From: Mesotaenium endlicherianum
Lineage: Eukaryota
DNA: 63,617 nt
NCBI GenBank assembly: GCA_009602735.1
Contig: WELA01002336.1
Span: 11,586 to 75,202 of the forward strand
Reading direction: 5' to 3'
Shown here: positions 25,640 to 38,500 of the stretch, piece by piece
How positions within the stretch are numbered: position 1 is the stretch's first letter
How the letters are laid out: each line of letters opens with the position of its first letter
Translations under genes and position numbers: made by a program
The notes under the pieces: generated by a model
Told to the model about the DNA's origin: nothing
Database searches by the model: none
What the model saw: only the letters and a program-made list of their open reading frames with translations

Positions 25640-27292
25640 TGTGCACGTGTGTGAGTGATGCCATCTTGAAGGTTTGTCTTGTGGTGCCGTATATGGACAA
25701 ATAGTGACACAGATCACTGCATGCGTTGGTCTTTGTCAATGCAAGCACACCCGCACCTTCCACTTCTTAAGAGGTATTAGGTTTCAGGATTGGGTTGAGG
25801 GTGTGCTCTTTACTCCGACTTGCTCTTTGCCTCTTTCGGTTGCTTTCTTCCCTCGTGCTTCTTTTCTCTTCCTTCCTTGTTCTGGTCATTGCTTCAGTGT
25901 CTGCAGTTTTCCGGCCTTGCTGGTGGCTCATACTTGAGCCGTTGGATTTGGCACACCTGCTGCAGGTTCTTTTGCGCAATCGATCCGGCGTTGCGTGCTG
26001 ACTGGGCGGCTAAGATGGCCGAGCTCCTGGCACCCTTAGGCCAGCTTTTCACCCTCATGTTTCCCGTGAGCTCTCTCTCTCTCTCTCCCCTATTCTCTCT
26101 TCTCCTCCCAATCTCTTCCTTTCTCATTAGATAAAGACATCTTGTGCTTGACTTGATCACTCGTTTTTTTGTTGTCATGACTGGTCGGGTCATCTTGGAC
26201 AGGGTATATAGCCCACGGAAAGAAAAAGCAAATATGTCTTGTCGCTTTCTGTCAGAGCTGGCAAGCAGTTGTCTGAAGGGCCATGCACTTTCTGGGATAG
26301 ACGAGTGGGTGGTGAAGACTTGTGCCGGGCACGCTCAGTCATACGCACGCCCGCACTCTGCCTTAAAGAACTCTGTCTGGGCGCACCATCTTCTCGAGCC
26401 ACGGCATACCAAACGATGCTCCACTCCTCACCTGCATTGTTTCCGTTGTGTCTCTTGCCCAGTATTTTGAGTGGGGTTGACCGTCTTTTGTCCATAATAA
26501 AGGCTTGATTGTGCGCGCATGTGTGCGTGTGGGCGTGTGTGCGTGTCAACAGCTCAGCGATCACGCAGGGGGACCTCCTTTTGCCGTCTCCTTGGAGGCG
26601 TAAGTGTGAGCCTGAGCGCCATGAGCCCACCCACCTCCTGCTTTTTTCCATCGGGTGGTGTGGCGACGTGCAAAGTGGATTATTCGTACTAAAAATGGCC
26701 TGTGCTGTTGGGTCCATTGGCATTGATCAACGGCTGTTTTGCCACTCCCAAAAGCCGCCCAAAAGGTTTTCCTGTGTATGCTAAATGTCGTCATGCTTCT
26801 CTTTTCAGTACAAGCTCTTTGGGGAAGGAATGAGGCAGGCTCGGGTGTCTATGTATGTGTGTGCCCAAAGATGCGTGGGTCAGATGCATATCTATTTTGC
26901 GCATTGAAGCATTATATGTGTCATGCATGTCGGGATGCAGGTATGAGGCTGTACTAGGACCTCATGGATTCAAAGTTGCATCGTATCCTGCTGTCGAGGG
27001 AGTCACGCCAGCCCGGCAAGTATGTCCCAGCACCACTGCCCATCCCCTCTGTTGGTCCGTGACCATGACTGCCCTTAGATTTTTGATCCAGTGAGCTAAA
27101 TATCACTTTGTTGATCTGATCACATCGACATACTTGACAGTATCTCAAGCCGTCTAGACTTTGCGGGCCAGCGTGTTGCATGTTTAATTGAATTGAGATA
27201 ACCTCTGACAGCTTTCTTGTTTTGCTTTGGTGATATGGCAGGGGAAGGAAAAGCTGGCCGTTTGGAAGCGTTCCGGACCAGCAAAAATCTAG
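22711..27292 (+). CDS. HOL: SAM-dependent halide/thiol (thiocyanate) methyltransferase, HOL/TPMT family (~282 aa)
   Basis: Exons 22711-22963, 23305-23435, 23797-23883, 24751-24851, 25966-26065, 26553-26599, 26941-27019, 27242-27292 (849 nt, in frame). Motifs [75 protein letters not shown]. Confidence 0.92.
24052..24577. other. Assembly gap (N); other gaps at 29501-29739, 38662-39244 and 48200-48218
   Basis: All four lie in introns and are flanked by C- or G-rich runs. The reconstructed reading frames close without needing exons inside the gaps. Confidence 0.95.
24940..25300 (-). mobile_element. LTR retrotransposon 3' fragment (ORF end, polypurine tract, start of 3' LTR), antisense in HOL intron 4
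   Basis: The minus strand reads ..GGGGGGAGGT (PPT, 25171-25180) then TGAGATTTGCC (LTR start at 25170). The LTR part aligns by eye with 340-597 (CCAATCTGACGTGTTGGGTC vs CTAATCTGACGTGTCGGGCC; GCGCCAGGCTAAATCAAAACTTGTAGG vs GCGCTAGGCTAAACCGAAACTTCTAGG). Confidence 0.65.
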
Positions 27293-27906
27293 GGTTTAGA
27301 AAATTGAAGTTATTCTAGGATCCTTATTATGAGGTCAGCATACATAGTAGCTTATAGCGGATATTGCACATCTGCTGTCAGTACTGCATTTATTGGTATT
27401 GCTTACATATATGAAAGTGATTGAATAGCTGTTATTGCATATATTTTGAGCAGTACGTCATGTTAACACGTAGTGTAAACAATATCATTTAAATACAATT
27501 CCCCTATGACTCCATGTTGAGGTGCACTACTATGTGCACAATGCCATTTGCCAATCAACATCTTTTTGGTAGCAACTTGAAGCTGACCTGGCTCTCAGAA
27601 TAACTTAAATGTTCACAAGGTGATAGTCATTGTAGAGGATTGACATGAGCTTTGAGCTCGATGTCAATATCTTTTCTTCCCCACCCGAATGTAAGCTGGC
27701 AACTTACAGGCATTGTACTGCCCTTTACACCTGCTTCAAAAAAAATGTCAAACTTGCTACTAACCTTCTCTAGCTCTGTACACGCGCAAGTGACTAGACG
27801 TCTGCACGCTCAACGACTGTAAGAATCGGTGGAACCTACTACATAGAAGAAGAACCTTTCCAAGAAACAATATCGCACATTGCAAGCTGCATTGCTGGCT
27901 AGCTTG

Positions 27907-30900
27907 CTAACATATATCCAGCTGAAAGAGGAGGTCCTTGGCGAGTGCTGGCGACCCGAGGGAGGGGTCCTCGGAGCGAGTGAAGGAGGAGGAGGTAAAG
28001 CCGGTCCTGCCGTGGTGCCCCTTGAGCGAGTCGTCGCTGGCGTACGCGTAGCAGTCGGCGTCGCTCGAGGCCCGGAACTCGTCGCCGTGCTTGGCGCACG
28101 CGCAGTTGCGGCTGCCGAGCTCCTCGGCGACGCACGGCGCCACCACAGCGCCGCCGGGGAAGGCGAGCGCGCGGCTGCGCAGGAGCTCGTCGACAAACAT
28201 GTCGAGCTTCGCGATGGAGACGCTGGGCATCACGACAGCATGCGCAATGCGGCCCTGGCACGCCAGCTGCCACTTGCGCACAAACGCCTCCTCGGGCGGG
28301 CGCTCAAACACCACGGTGCTGCTCAGGTGGTTGAGCATCGCGCCCACGCCCGCGATGCGCAACTTGGCCCACAGGTAGTGCGCGTTGCGCAGGCACGCCT
28401 GCACGTCCTTGCGGAACCCGCGGTAGCCCTTGCGGTTGAGCGTGTACCACAGGAACAGCGGCGCGTGGCCGTTGCGGCTGCCCATGATGGTGGCGTCGCG
28501 CGACGCCAGGTACTCCACCTTGCGCGACAGCACGTCGATGTGGCGCTTGCGCGTCACCTGTATGCCGCACGGCATCGGGCACCCGATGAACTTGTGGCCC
28601 GACACGCTCACGCTGCCGATGGGCTTCTTGAACGTCACCTTGGGTGCCTGCAGCGGGAGTCAAGAAGGGGGGGGGGGACACACAAGAGGAGAAGAAGGAA
28701 GGGGGAGAAAGACTGTGAGGAGTATGAACGGGGGAATAGGTGATAAGTCGCTAGGGCAGCTCTGGGATCTCTTTATAGGAAGAGGTCTTAAAAAAAAAGG
28801 CAGACCATGAGAAAAATGGAATAAAAGACAAGAAGTGACTGCGGGAGCATCCAAGCGTGCATACGTTCGTGAAGCGATCACTGGTGTTTTCGGCAGATAG
28901 GCAAAGGATTGACAATGACAACCACGCCACAGCAACACCAATATCAGATTCTGTTTGAGAGTAACCAACAGCTTAGGTTTTAGAGATCTATAGCAGGCAG
29001 CAAAAGGTAAAGAAGACGGACGAGGGGAAAAATGGAAGGAGGAGAGGATGGCAGCAGCAAGGTGTGCGCACTAAAGAAAGTTATGACACAGCTTACAGCT
29101 CACAAGAAATGCTAGAGATACAGGCGGAGAAAGGGAGGGAGGGGTAAAATGCAACGTAGTAGCAGCAGCAGCAGCAACATGCTGCTGCCAGATACTGCTG
29201 CGGGCTCCGACTGACTGGGTGGCTGGCTGACTGACCTTCTTGACAAAAGGCATCATGAGGCCAAAGAGAGCGCCGTCGCAGTGGATGTAGAAGCGGTCCT
29301 CGTCGTACCCGGCGCCCTTGAGCGTGGCAATCACCAGGTCCAGGTCGTCCACCGCACCCTTCACCGTCGTGCCTGCCCGCCCACCCGATGCCAGCTGCCA
29401 CTCTAATGAGAATGTAGACGGGGGAGGAGGCGGCAGCTGAGGAGGGAGGGGACTAGGAGGAGGCGGAGGAGGAGGGGGAGGGGGAGGGAGAGGAGGGGGG
29501 NNNNNNNNNNNNNNNNNNNNNNNNNNNNNNNNNNNNNNNNNNNNNNNNNNNNNNNNNNNNNNNNNNNNNNNNNNNNNNNNNNNNNNNNNNNNNNNNNNNN
29601 NNNNNNNNNNNNNNNNNNNNNNNNNNNNNNNNNNNNNNNNNNNNNNNNNNNNNNNNNNNNNNNNNNNNNNNNNNNNNNNNNNNNNNNNNNNNNNNNNNNN
29701 NNNNNNNNNNNNNNNNNNNNNNNNNNNNNNNNNNNNNNNGGGGGAGGGGGGGTGGAGGGGAGGGGGAGGGAAGAAGCCCATGCTGTTCCGCCAGCATGCA
29801 CAGCACTGAACTGGGCTGCAGGGCACCGGCTCACTGCCCGGCTGCAAGTGCATCGCCTGCAGGCGCGGGCAGATGTTCCTACTGAGACCCCATCCATATG
29901 AGCTGACAACCGTCGACCCTCTTGACTTCCAGGTCACGGGGGCGGTTTGCGCACGGGAGCTGGCATGAATGAGGAACAAGCGGCACATGAGAAAAGAGCT
30001 CCTGGGTCCTTGTCGGCTCCGTCTGAGCCAGCTGGGCGGGACCGCAGCGTGGCTCGTCACAACGCTCCCTTGCTCATGCTCTACGTCACGGTAACGAGCC
30101 TTTGCACTCCATCCCACCGGCACACTCATACCCGCGTTGCAAGTCCACTCCCACTTCTCTCATGCGACATTCCCCCAGCGGAGCGCTCAGCCTGCCCCCT
30201 TCCATGTACACCGCGTGCGCGCGCGCGCGGGCGCACACAACAGCCGCTAACAGTATGATGCTTGTATCCCTTGCTGCGCAAAGCCAGCAGGTGCCCCCCT
30301 TGGGCCCACGGCTGCCCTCCCTTGTCTGCCTGCCTGCTTGCCTGCTAGCCTGAGGCTACACCTTCATTGGCAACAGACCAACCCACCGTGCGAGCGGAGC
30401 CCAGAACTTGTGTGCTTTCTCGTAGTCCTTGGACCGGCGTCAAAGCTGGACCCCAGCTCCCCATGTTGAGCCACGCTGGTTGCTACAGCTGCACCCGGCT
30501 CGCTTGCTTGCTGGCAGCTCCCAACGCAGCACGAGGTGAACCCCCCTGTACCGTGGGCAGGAGAGGGTCACCGGTGCCAGTGCTCCAACAAAAGCAATAT
30601 GGCCTCCCTCTGTGGCAGCTGCAGCCCACTAACTAAGGCTTCCATGAAGAACACGCGTGCAAGGTTGCCAGATGGGCAGCATGGTCTGACCACAGGCCCC
30701 CTCCCAAAGAGGTAGTAAGTCAACCGTCACGATGCCACGTTCCTCGTGTTGGACCCTCTGTCCCTTTGAGAGCCATGTGGTGACAACATGGGAGTGTCTG
30801 CGCGTGTGTCCAGTTGTGTGGTGCCATGTGTGTGTGCGCACGCGCATGTGATTCTTTTCTGGTGACGGTCAGAGTCGTGCAGGGGGAGGGGGCTGCATGC

Positions 30901-33900
30901 TGACACTTGAGGTTGATCAGAACTGCGGGAGGGTGTCGTGCACAACATGTAAAGCTCCCAGGAAGGGAGAAGAGAATCGGGGAGGATGTAGCGCTGGCTG
31001 ATTGGCTGCTGCTGCAGCGGCGGCGGCGCAGGAGCGCACGCACAGGTGCAGCTGCAGACGTGCGCGTGCACTGGCGAGACGTACCAATGTTGACGTTGAG
31101 GATGGCGGGGCGGCCGCGGTGCTCCGCCAGGTGGCGCGCGAGGTCGGTGCAGTCGATCTCGCCGGAGATGAGCGTGGCCACCTTGACGCAGTCCATGCGG
31201 TACATGCGCGCCGCCTTGAACACCGAGTAGTGGCTCTCCTGCGACGCGTACAGCACGCCGTCCGGCAGCACCTCCCTCCTGCATACCCACACATGCGCGC
31301 GCGATCGCAGCAGCCGCCAGCCAGTAAGCCACACGCACCAACAGACAGACAGACAGATAGGCAACAACCAGCCAACCAGATAGAAAGTCAATCAGACAGT
31401 CAGACAGACAGAATGATGCGCGAGACTCTATTGAAATAAGCAGAAGCCATGGCGCCATGGCATGCAGGCAGGCAGACAGACAGACAGAAAGAAAAAAACA
31501 GATGGAAATGACGAGCGTGTTGCAATCACGAGGAGGAGGATGCAAAGAGTGATCCCTCCGCAGTTTTTTTTTGCAAGGGCACCCACCTGCTGCCATGGTT
31601 CCTCACATCCATGCACGTGCACGCTCCGCCAACTTTATGATCCTTGCACGCGCATAAACTCATGCTTGCGAGAAAAAGCCCGCCATAGCGTCCTGGCTTG
31701 CACGCCCCGATGGCTGGGCCGCGCACGCAGCCACACGTCTGACACACTACTGACTTCTGATGGAACCATAAGGGCCCAGATGCGGTCCCAACAATCCAAA
31801 CAGAGTGTCCCAACTCGATCAGGGCACGGCACCTGCTCGCGAGAGAAGAACGAGGAGCTCTCCACCAGTCGAGAAGGGAGCTGCGGTGAACCTTGCAGCA
31901 GTAAGCAGCATGCTGGCCCATCCAGAGCCGCACCGTGGCCCCTCCTGGCAGTTCGGTAGCCACGCGTGTGGACTCGGGCAGCCCTCCACACTTGAAGAGA
32001 GCTCCCAGTGAGCAAACATGAACCCCCTCTCTCCCTCTCTCCCTCTCTCCAGAGCCTAAAGAGAGTGAGTGTGCAATAGGTTGGTGCATGCATCTGAGTG
32101 TGAGGGAGTGAATGTGTGTGTGTGTGGGGGGGCGGGGGGGGGGGAGGGAAGGTGGGGCGAGGTGAGGTGAGGGGGCGTGCTCACCCGACGAGAATGCCGT
32201 GGAGGTTGCCCTCAGTGCCGCAGTTGGTGATGTAGCCCCAGTAGTCGCCCTCCCCGAGCTCCCACAGGCGCGCAAACCACTCGAGCACGCCCACCTCGAA
32301 CTCGCGCGAGTGCACGCCGTAGTTGCTCTCAATGAAGGGGTCCCCCAGGTTGTTGATGGAGAAGGACTGCAGCTCCGCCAGTGCCCCGTAGTCGAAGTCC
32401 AGGTTGTACGGGTACCCTGCACCCCGTTCACACCACCGGGGTTTCGTCGTTTTTGGGGGTCAATGGGGTTTGCATTGGACTTGGACGGGCAATGGATATG
32501 GCCAGCCACAGGGGGAGATGCCAGAGATGGGCTGGCTTCATGTGAGCCTGATGACAGCGTGTGCCAGCAAGCATGCATGCGCTGGGCCCGCTCCAGCCTG
32601 GCTGCAACCTTAAGGCTACTCCTAGGCACAACAAGTGGCGCAGCTGCTTCCCTCCCCAGAGAATACAGCCCCGTTCTCATTTTAGGAATGCCCATACCAA
32701 AAAAAATAAAAGTAAGCAATGAGCAGACGCTTGCGCATTAGCCTACAGCTGTAACACTACACATATGGGCCATCCTTCTTGACGAGCCCCTGCCCTCCAG
32801 CAAGTCCGACCTGAGAGCTCCTCAAATCCACCTGCATTAGCGAAGAAGCAAAGCACCTGAAGCAGACACATCGTCACGACCAGGTCTTGCCTCTGCAGAC
32901 CTAACCCAGCCCTGCCGAGGTGGCCCCAAGGCCTACAGTTATTCAAAACTCTTTCCTTTGTTGCTTCCCTCTCCTCCCTTTCTGCAGAAACCCCCCCACC
33001 GTACGTCCTCCAGGCTTCCGCCGATATCATACACCGTATATGCCCCTCGGCCTAATTTGAGAAATTCAAAATAGCAGCCATGCTGCACACGCTTTGGAAC
33101 AATTGCCGGTTGGTGAGAGGCGATGCCAGTAAGGGAGACCTGGGAACACGTTTCCTCTGTGAATCTGCTTTCTCCTCCTATGAGAACATACATACGTGCA
33201 TGCATGCGTGAAGGCCAAGGAGAACTGACACACTTGACTGGACAAGGGCAAGAAAAGAAGTCGCACCCGGACTCCAATTATGCTTCTGCTGCTCTCCTTT
33301 CAACATACACAAAAGGCTGTGGTTCAAAGGAGCAAGAAAGATCTGGATTGCAATGAAGCAACAGGAGCCAGGTGTGAAGCAGGCTGTGCCCTAACTTACC
33401 CAGGTGATACTTGGTCCGCTCCTCTAGTGTTCTCTTGTACTGGTCCAGCACTTCTTCCATGTAGGCCACTTTCTTGCCCGTCTCTTTGTCGTCCCTCTCG
33501 GGCTCTGTGATGAACAGGGACCTCTTGTGCATGTCTCGTCCCGTCAAAGCAATCGCAGCCTGCTTTGGACTCTGTCTCACGACTTCTGCTCTTCCATTTC
33601 CGTTGCTTAAGCTTGAATGGTTAGCAGCAGGAGGCCCATGCCTTCCCTTTATACCATTGCTCTTGTGTCCATTGCCCACTTGACCGTTACTCACGCCATT
33701 CGGAGGGTCCGTTGGGATATCTTGAAGCTTCACAATATTGTAGGCTTCAAAAAACGTTTGTGCAGTCCCTGTCTCCTCCAAACTTCTACCTGACCAATCC
33801 CCGTAGTCATCCATGCTGCCATACGGAGAGGAGCCGAGAGCTCTCTTGCTGCCCAAAGGACTACCCCCATCTTCTGAGAGAAGCCTTTGCAAGTGCTCCA

Positions 33901-34006
33901 GGGGCACTTCTTCAGGCAGCTCTTCAACGACAGCTTTTGGTTGCGCCTCTGCTACTTGGACTGAAAGGGCGGCATCAATTTTTTCCATCCCAGCTCCGAA
34001 TGTCAT
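27907..34006 (-). CDS. SDC1: Serine decarboxylase (group II PLP-dependent decarboxylase), ~636 aa
   Basis: Exons 34006-33400, 32416-32185, 31278-31085, 29372-29236, 28647-27907 (1911 nt, in frame). Motifs [78 protein letters not shown] (PLP lysine), IMGSRNGH and C-terminal [16 protein letters not shown] match plant SDC. Confidence 0.95.
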
Positions 34007-34590
34007 TCAAGACCAATTCTCAATTATGCTTCTGAGGATACAACTGCCAATTGGTGAAACTAACTGGTTAAGGAAACGTGCCTAACCGCAGATTTCCAAT
34101 CAACGGCGAAAGTCGTCTGATGTCAAAAACTCGTCTGATGTCCCAATTATCTATTAAGGTCGTATTATCCAGACCCAATTTCCAAGACTGGAGCCAGAGA
34201 ATGTAAAAGGCCGTTAGGTAGTCAGCTCATACAATTTGCCTCGAGGCAAAGGCTTGCTCACGACGAACTATGAACGTAAAAGGAGAGAGAAACTTAGGAA
34301 TCAAGGGCTTACTGATGATGCTCGCAATTAAGGCCAATTTACATATAACAGTTTCCTCTCGGCGGCTCCTACTGGTTATACTTGCTGTCTTTGTGCTACT
34401 GTCCCTCTTTGTCCCTCTGCTACATTTCCAGTGCCAAGTCGTGCGGGCCTGGGCTCCCTTGAGCAGACCACGAGAGGCCTGAATCCAGACTGGTCCAGAC
34501 AAACTGTGGACGGGCTGACTTTGACTTGAATGGTGATCCTCCTGGTTCCTCCTGTAGCGGACGAGCAGCAACCCTGCAGCGAGCCGATCT

Positions 34591-34663
34591 TTTGAAACTG
34601 CTTTGAGCTGGCTTTGAGCTTCTTTTTTGAGCTGCTTTGAGCAGCTTTGAGCAGCTTTGAGCT
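34591..34663. repeat. Tandem ~10-bp repeat (GCAGCTTTGA-type) upstream of SDC1
   Basis: TTTGAG core at 34602, 34613, 34626, 34636, 34646 and 34656. Confidence 0.85.
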
Positions 34664-35520
34664 GTGGTTCCCTGAGCTGGCACGAGCAGTCGCTAGCTGT
34701 ACAGATCGGCGCGGGTCTGCACGAGGCATGGTTCAAGGACCATACACATATACATACACTAGCCGACACACCATATATACGACGCCGCGTCTTCAAGACA
34801 TCGATACCTGATTGGCTTATGATGGAGCGTAGGACCAACTAGGGCGCCATCGATATAAAATGACATTAACAGCTGGCAACAGCTGCCGTTGGCTGCCGTC
34901 ACTGACGAGCTATTGACAAGTGCTGAGGGAAAGCAGCCGACAATCACTCATGTATCAGTCTCATGCAGTCCCCATTCAGATCAATTGAGATCGACTCTCA
35001 AGTAGTCGAGTCACGAGTGGTCAACTTTCAAGTGATCTCTAGTTCTTGGACACGTCTTGAAGGTCATTGAAGGTGCTCAAAGGCGCGAAGTAATGACGTC
35101 AAGTGAGCAACCGAAAGCACTCAACTGCAATTGCATGACGACAATCGACAGTGATCGACAGTTTTTAGTGGTTCGGTGTTTTTTCGAGCAACTTCAGAAG
35201 TACAGAATAGCGAAGAAGGGGCCGTTCGTGTCAAATATGCCCTGTTGGCAATATGTCATACATTACAATGTGAACATACTCCCCAAAAGCCACCAGAAGC
35301 AGCGATCCCACTTTCTATTTGCTCCCAGAGACGGTGAGAAGAGCAGAAGGCACTTTTTGCGACTTGTGCAACGCTTCATACAGCCGGCTTCTGCATGCCC
35401 GTTGCATGCCACAGTAATATTGCATTAAGGTTTTTGCAGGAATAAGATTCTTGTGCAGGGAGCTTGTCTTTATCGCTTGTGCGCCTTTCTTTTCTCACGA
35501 AAGGAGGTCGTCGAAAACCA

Positions 35521-38500
35521 ATGGCCACATTATCCTCGATGGCTGCTCTACAGAGCCAGCATTTCCTTGCTTACGGAATATCAAATCAGCATGCACAAGT
35601 ACCTCATAACATCTCACAGGTAGTTCGTTCGTTTGTGCCCCTTAAATATAAGCCTCTTGCGTCACGCAGCTTCACAGCTCATCAACTCGGTCGCTCCTCG
35701 AATGTGCATAGAGCTGCACGAAGAGGACGATCCGCAGTCGTCAAAGCGTCCGTGGAGCCGGTATATTTCTCGAGTCATTTAATATGAATGTGATCTTCAG
35801 TGGGCACAAGATAGATATTGGGTTTTCTGAAAGCTGCTGCAGGCTCACGAACACCTAGTTTTTAAGAACAAAATTGTCGATTGACATGCATGAATAGTCC
35901 TTTTTGGTCCTTGTTTGTCTTCGTGGCCGAGGTTTCTGAGCTCTTAGGCTTACTAAATATTTCTAGCAGTTTGAAATATGAAGTTTTATTCATCTTGGTT
36001 AAGGAGTAGAACTCATGTGCGGGACTACATATTTTGGGTGGATAGTGCAATACCTTAATCTAAGAGAAGTACTGAGACCTACGTGTGGTGCCTGCTACAG
36101 GACACCCCAGTAAGCCGAACACCTGGGAGTGAGCCTTCTGAAGAGAATGATACAGCAAGCCGAACAGCGGGCCAAGAACCTCCACAAAGTCCAGTGGTGG
36201 GTGCCACACCATTACAGTCTGTTGATTTCTCTGCTGCTGGCGAGACTCCGGCACAACCCGTTGGAGGGTACAAAACTCAAGCTGTAGGCGGGCAAGTTAG
36301 CAGCAAAATAGAGGACGTGAAGGCAAAGGGCTGGCAGCGTACTGAGAGGGCTGGAGAGAGATTGAAGAAGACGTCGCAAGGTCTGAAAGGGGAGAGTGAG
36401 AAAGCTAAGGAAGGCTTCAAACAGCTAGCAAGGAAGAGCAGAGAGGCACTCAAGGACCAGGCAAGCCAAGCAGAGACTGTGCTAGCCTCAACCGCACATG
36501 AGGCAGCAGAGAAGACAAAGGTGCAAGTAGCTTCCATAGCCGAAAACGAGAATGTGCCCGAGTCTATCAGGGACATTGCTGATACTGCAGTCCACTCTCA
36601 CAGCAAAGAGAAGGCGGCAGGAGGCGCTAAAATGCACGACTTTTGCCTTGGCATTCCCTATGGTGAGCTTTTCTTTGTGACCTAGCTACAAGACTACGTA
36701 TATTTCCTGCTAGGGGTGGCTTTGTTGTACATGAAACATAGCCTGAACATGTGAGGAAAAGAGTAGGCCAACACTTATATATTCTTTCACGTGCAAACCA
36801 TCACGTGCAACGCACTTTCACTAAAAGCCGGGGTATTTGGAAGGAGTTACTCACAGGAATAGGTTGGCACTTGCACATTGTGCATCATTCAAGCAATGAG
36901 CTTTTTGATGTGATTGCTAAAGCTGGGCTACCTATCAAAAGCCAAAATTGCCTGTTCTTCCACAGGATACGGGAGGGGAAAACGTGAAGGTGGGGGGAGG
37001 AAGGGGGGGGGGTTTGCAGTAGTAGCCAGTTCCTGTTCAGAATGAGGTGGGGGTTTTGTTGCAGGTGCAGCTGTACAGGTCAGGGCCCATTTCAGAAGCC
37101 GAGGATGTGCTGCAGGGAGGAGGTTTCTGAAAGGGTTTATAGGAGAACTCTCTTGCTTCCTCCTCAGAGCCTAGAGCGAGTGTAGGGGACGCATGCTTGC
37201 TATGAAGCATGCAAGAGTTCTCGCATCCACTTGGGCACATGAACCGCCGTGGCTTACTTTTAAAAGCGGATGGGGCCTCCTCAGGACAACCAGAGCATCG
37301 TGAGGTCAAACTGAGACTTGTGATGTCAATTTGTACCTTGGGGAGGAGGTCAACCTGAGCTTTCTGGTGAGGTAACATAGCCTTCCGAGGTGAATCTGAG
37401 CCTGTCTGAAGTCAAGCTGGACCCTTGTGGAGGCTATGCAGAAACCGCGGAGAGGGGGACTTTAGGGGCAGGAGGGTATAAAGTGTAGCCTGCCCATGGG
37501 GTCCCTCATCCTAAACACAGCTGGGCTGGTGTTGAGCAAGGAGCGGAATGCTTGCCAACTAGGAGATTCAAGCGTTAGCGTGAAACTGCTGCTGATGACC
37601 AGCTATGGGCCTGCCTGCCTGCCTGCTGGGGCTGCAGGGGCGTTGCTTCTTGTGGGAGGCCTGCTCTGGTTTGTCCTGGCCGGCAGCCTCAACGCTCTGC
37701 GGTTTGGAGCTGTGCTGGGAGCCGCACATCTGGCAGCGTCGGTAGGCAGCCTGCTGGCCTGGAAGAAGGAGCAGTCGAACCTCCCCTATGTCGCCGCTCA
37801 GTCTGGTACGCCTCGCCTCCTGTGCCCTCTCCGGCAGTGGCTGCCTTGCCGCCTCCCCTCTGTTTTTGCATGAGCACGCAGGCAAGTGGCTCCTTGCCAT
37901 TTTTAAGTTGATTGGGGTTTGAAGTCAGGTTTTAGACTGGATGCTGAGCCAAAGTCAGAATGGTAGGAGCACACGCCATCCCTCTGCCTGCAAGCTTCCT
38001 TAAATCCGTGCCTTCCATTGCTCCTCCGCAAGCTGAGCGCTTGTGTCCCTCCCTCCCTTCCTCCCTCCCCCCCTCTGCCCCTCCCTCCCTCCCTTTCTTC
38101 CTCTCTACCCCTCTGTGTAAGTGTGTGCCTCTCAGCCTGGGTTCCTTCTTGTATGTATTTTGTACTGAAAAAACACCTTCCACGAGTGCGTGTGTGCCTG
38201 CCTGCTCCTGCGCCTGCTCCTTCTGCTGCTTCTGCTGCTGCTGGGCCGCTGCTCATTGTATGCATTCTAGCGGATACTTGGTAGGTCTAGTCAATTGGGG
38301 GCTGTGAATGGAGGCGTGGAAAGAGGTAAGAGACTGGATGATGAAGGAGAAGACAAGCAAACAAACAAACGAACGAGTGATCCAGATAGAAGGCCAAGTA
38401 GGACTTCTGTTTCTGTGAGAAGGAACTGTTGCAGCTCGCCTTTGGGCTGTAACTTCTGGAGGGGGCCGTGCTGACTCCATTCAAGTTGTACTGACGCTCA

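Noticed and set aside
27880..28743. 287-aa plus-strand ORF
   Set aside because: Antisense shadow of the GC-rich SDC1 last exon; no recognisable motifs.
27907..34006. Histidine decarboxylase call
   Set aside because: Same fold family, but the motif set and C-terminal Cys/His motif match plant serine decarboxylase. Substrate remains untested.
34591..34663. CRISPR-like array
   Set aside because: No unique spacers, the unit is only ~10 bp, the context is eukaryotic and there are no cas genes.
34227..34838. 203-aa minus-strand ORF upstream of SDC1 as a uORF or separate gene
   Set aside because: It starts at a non-ATG codon, runs through the 10-bp tandem repeat and has no family motifs. Not supported without expression data.
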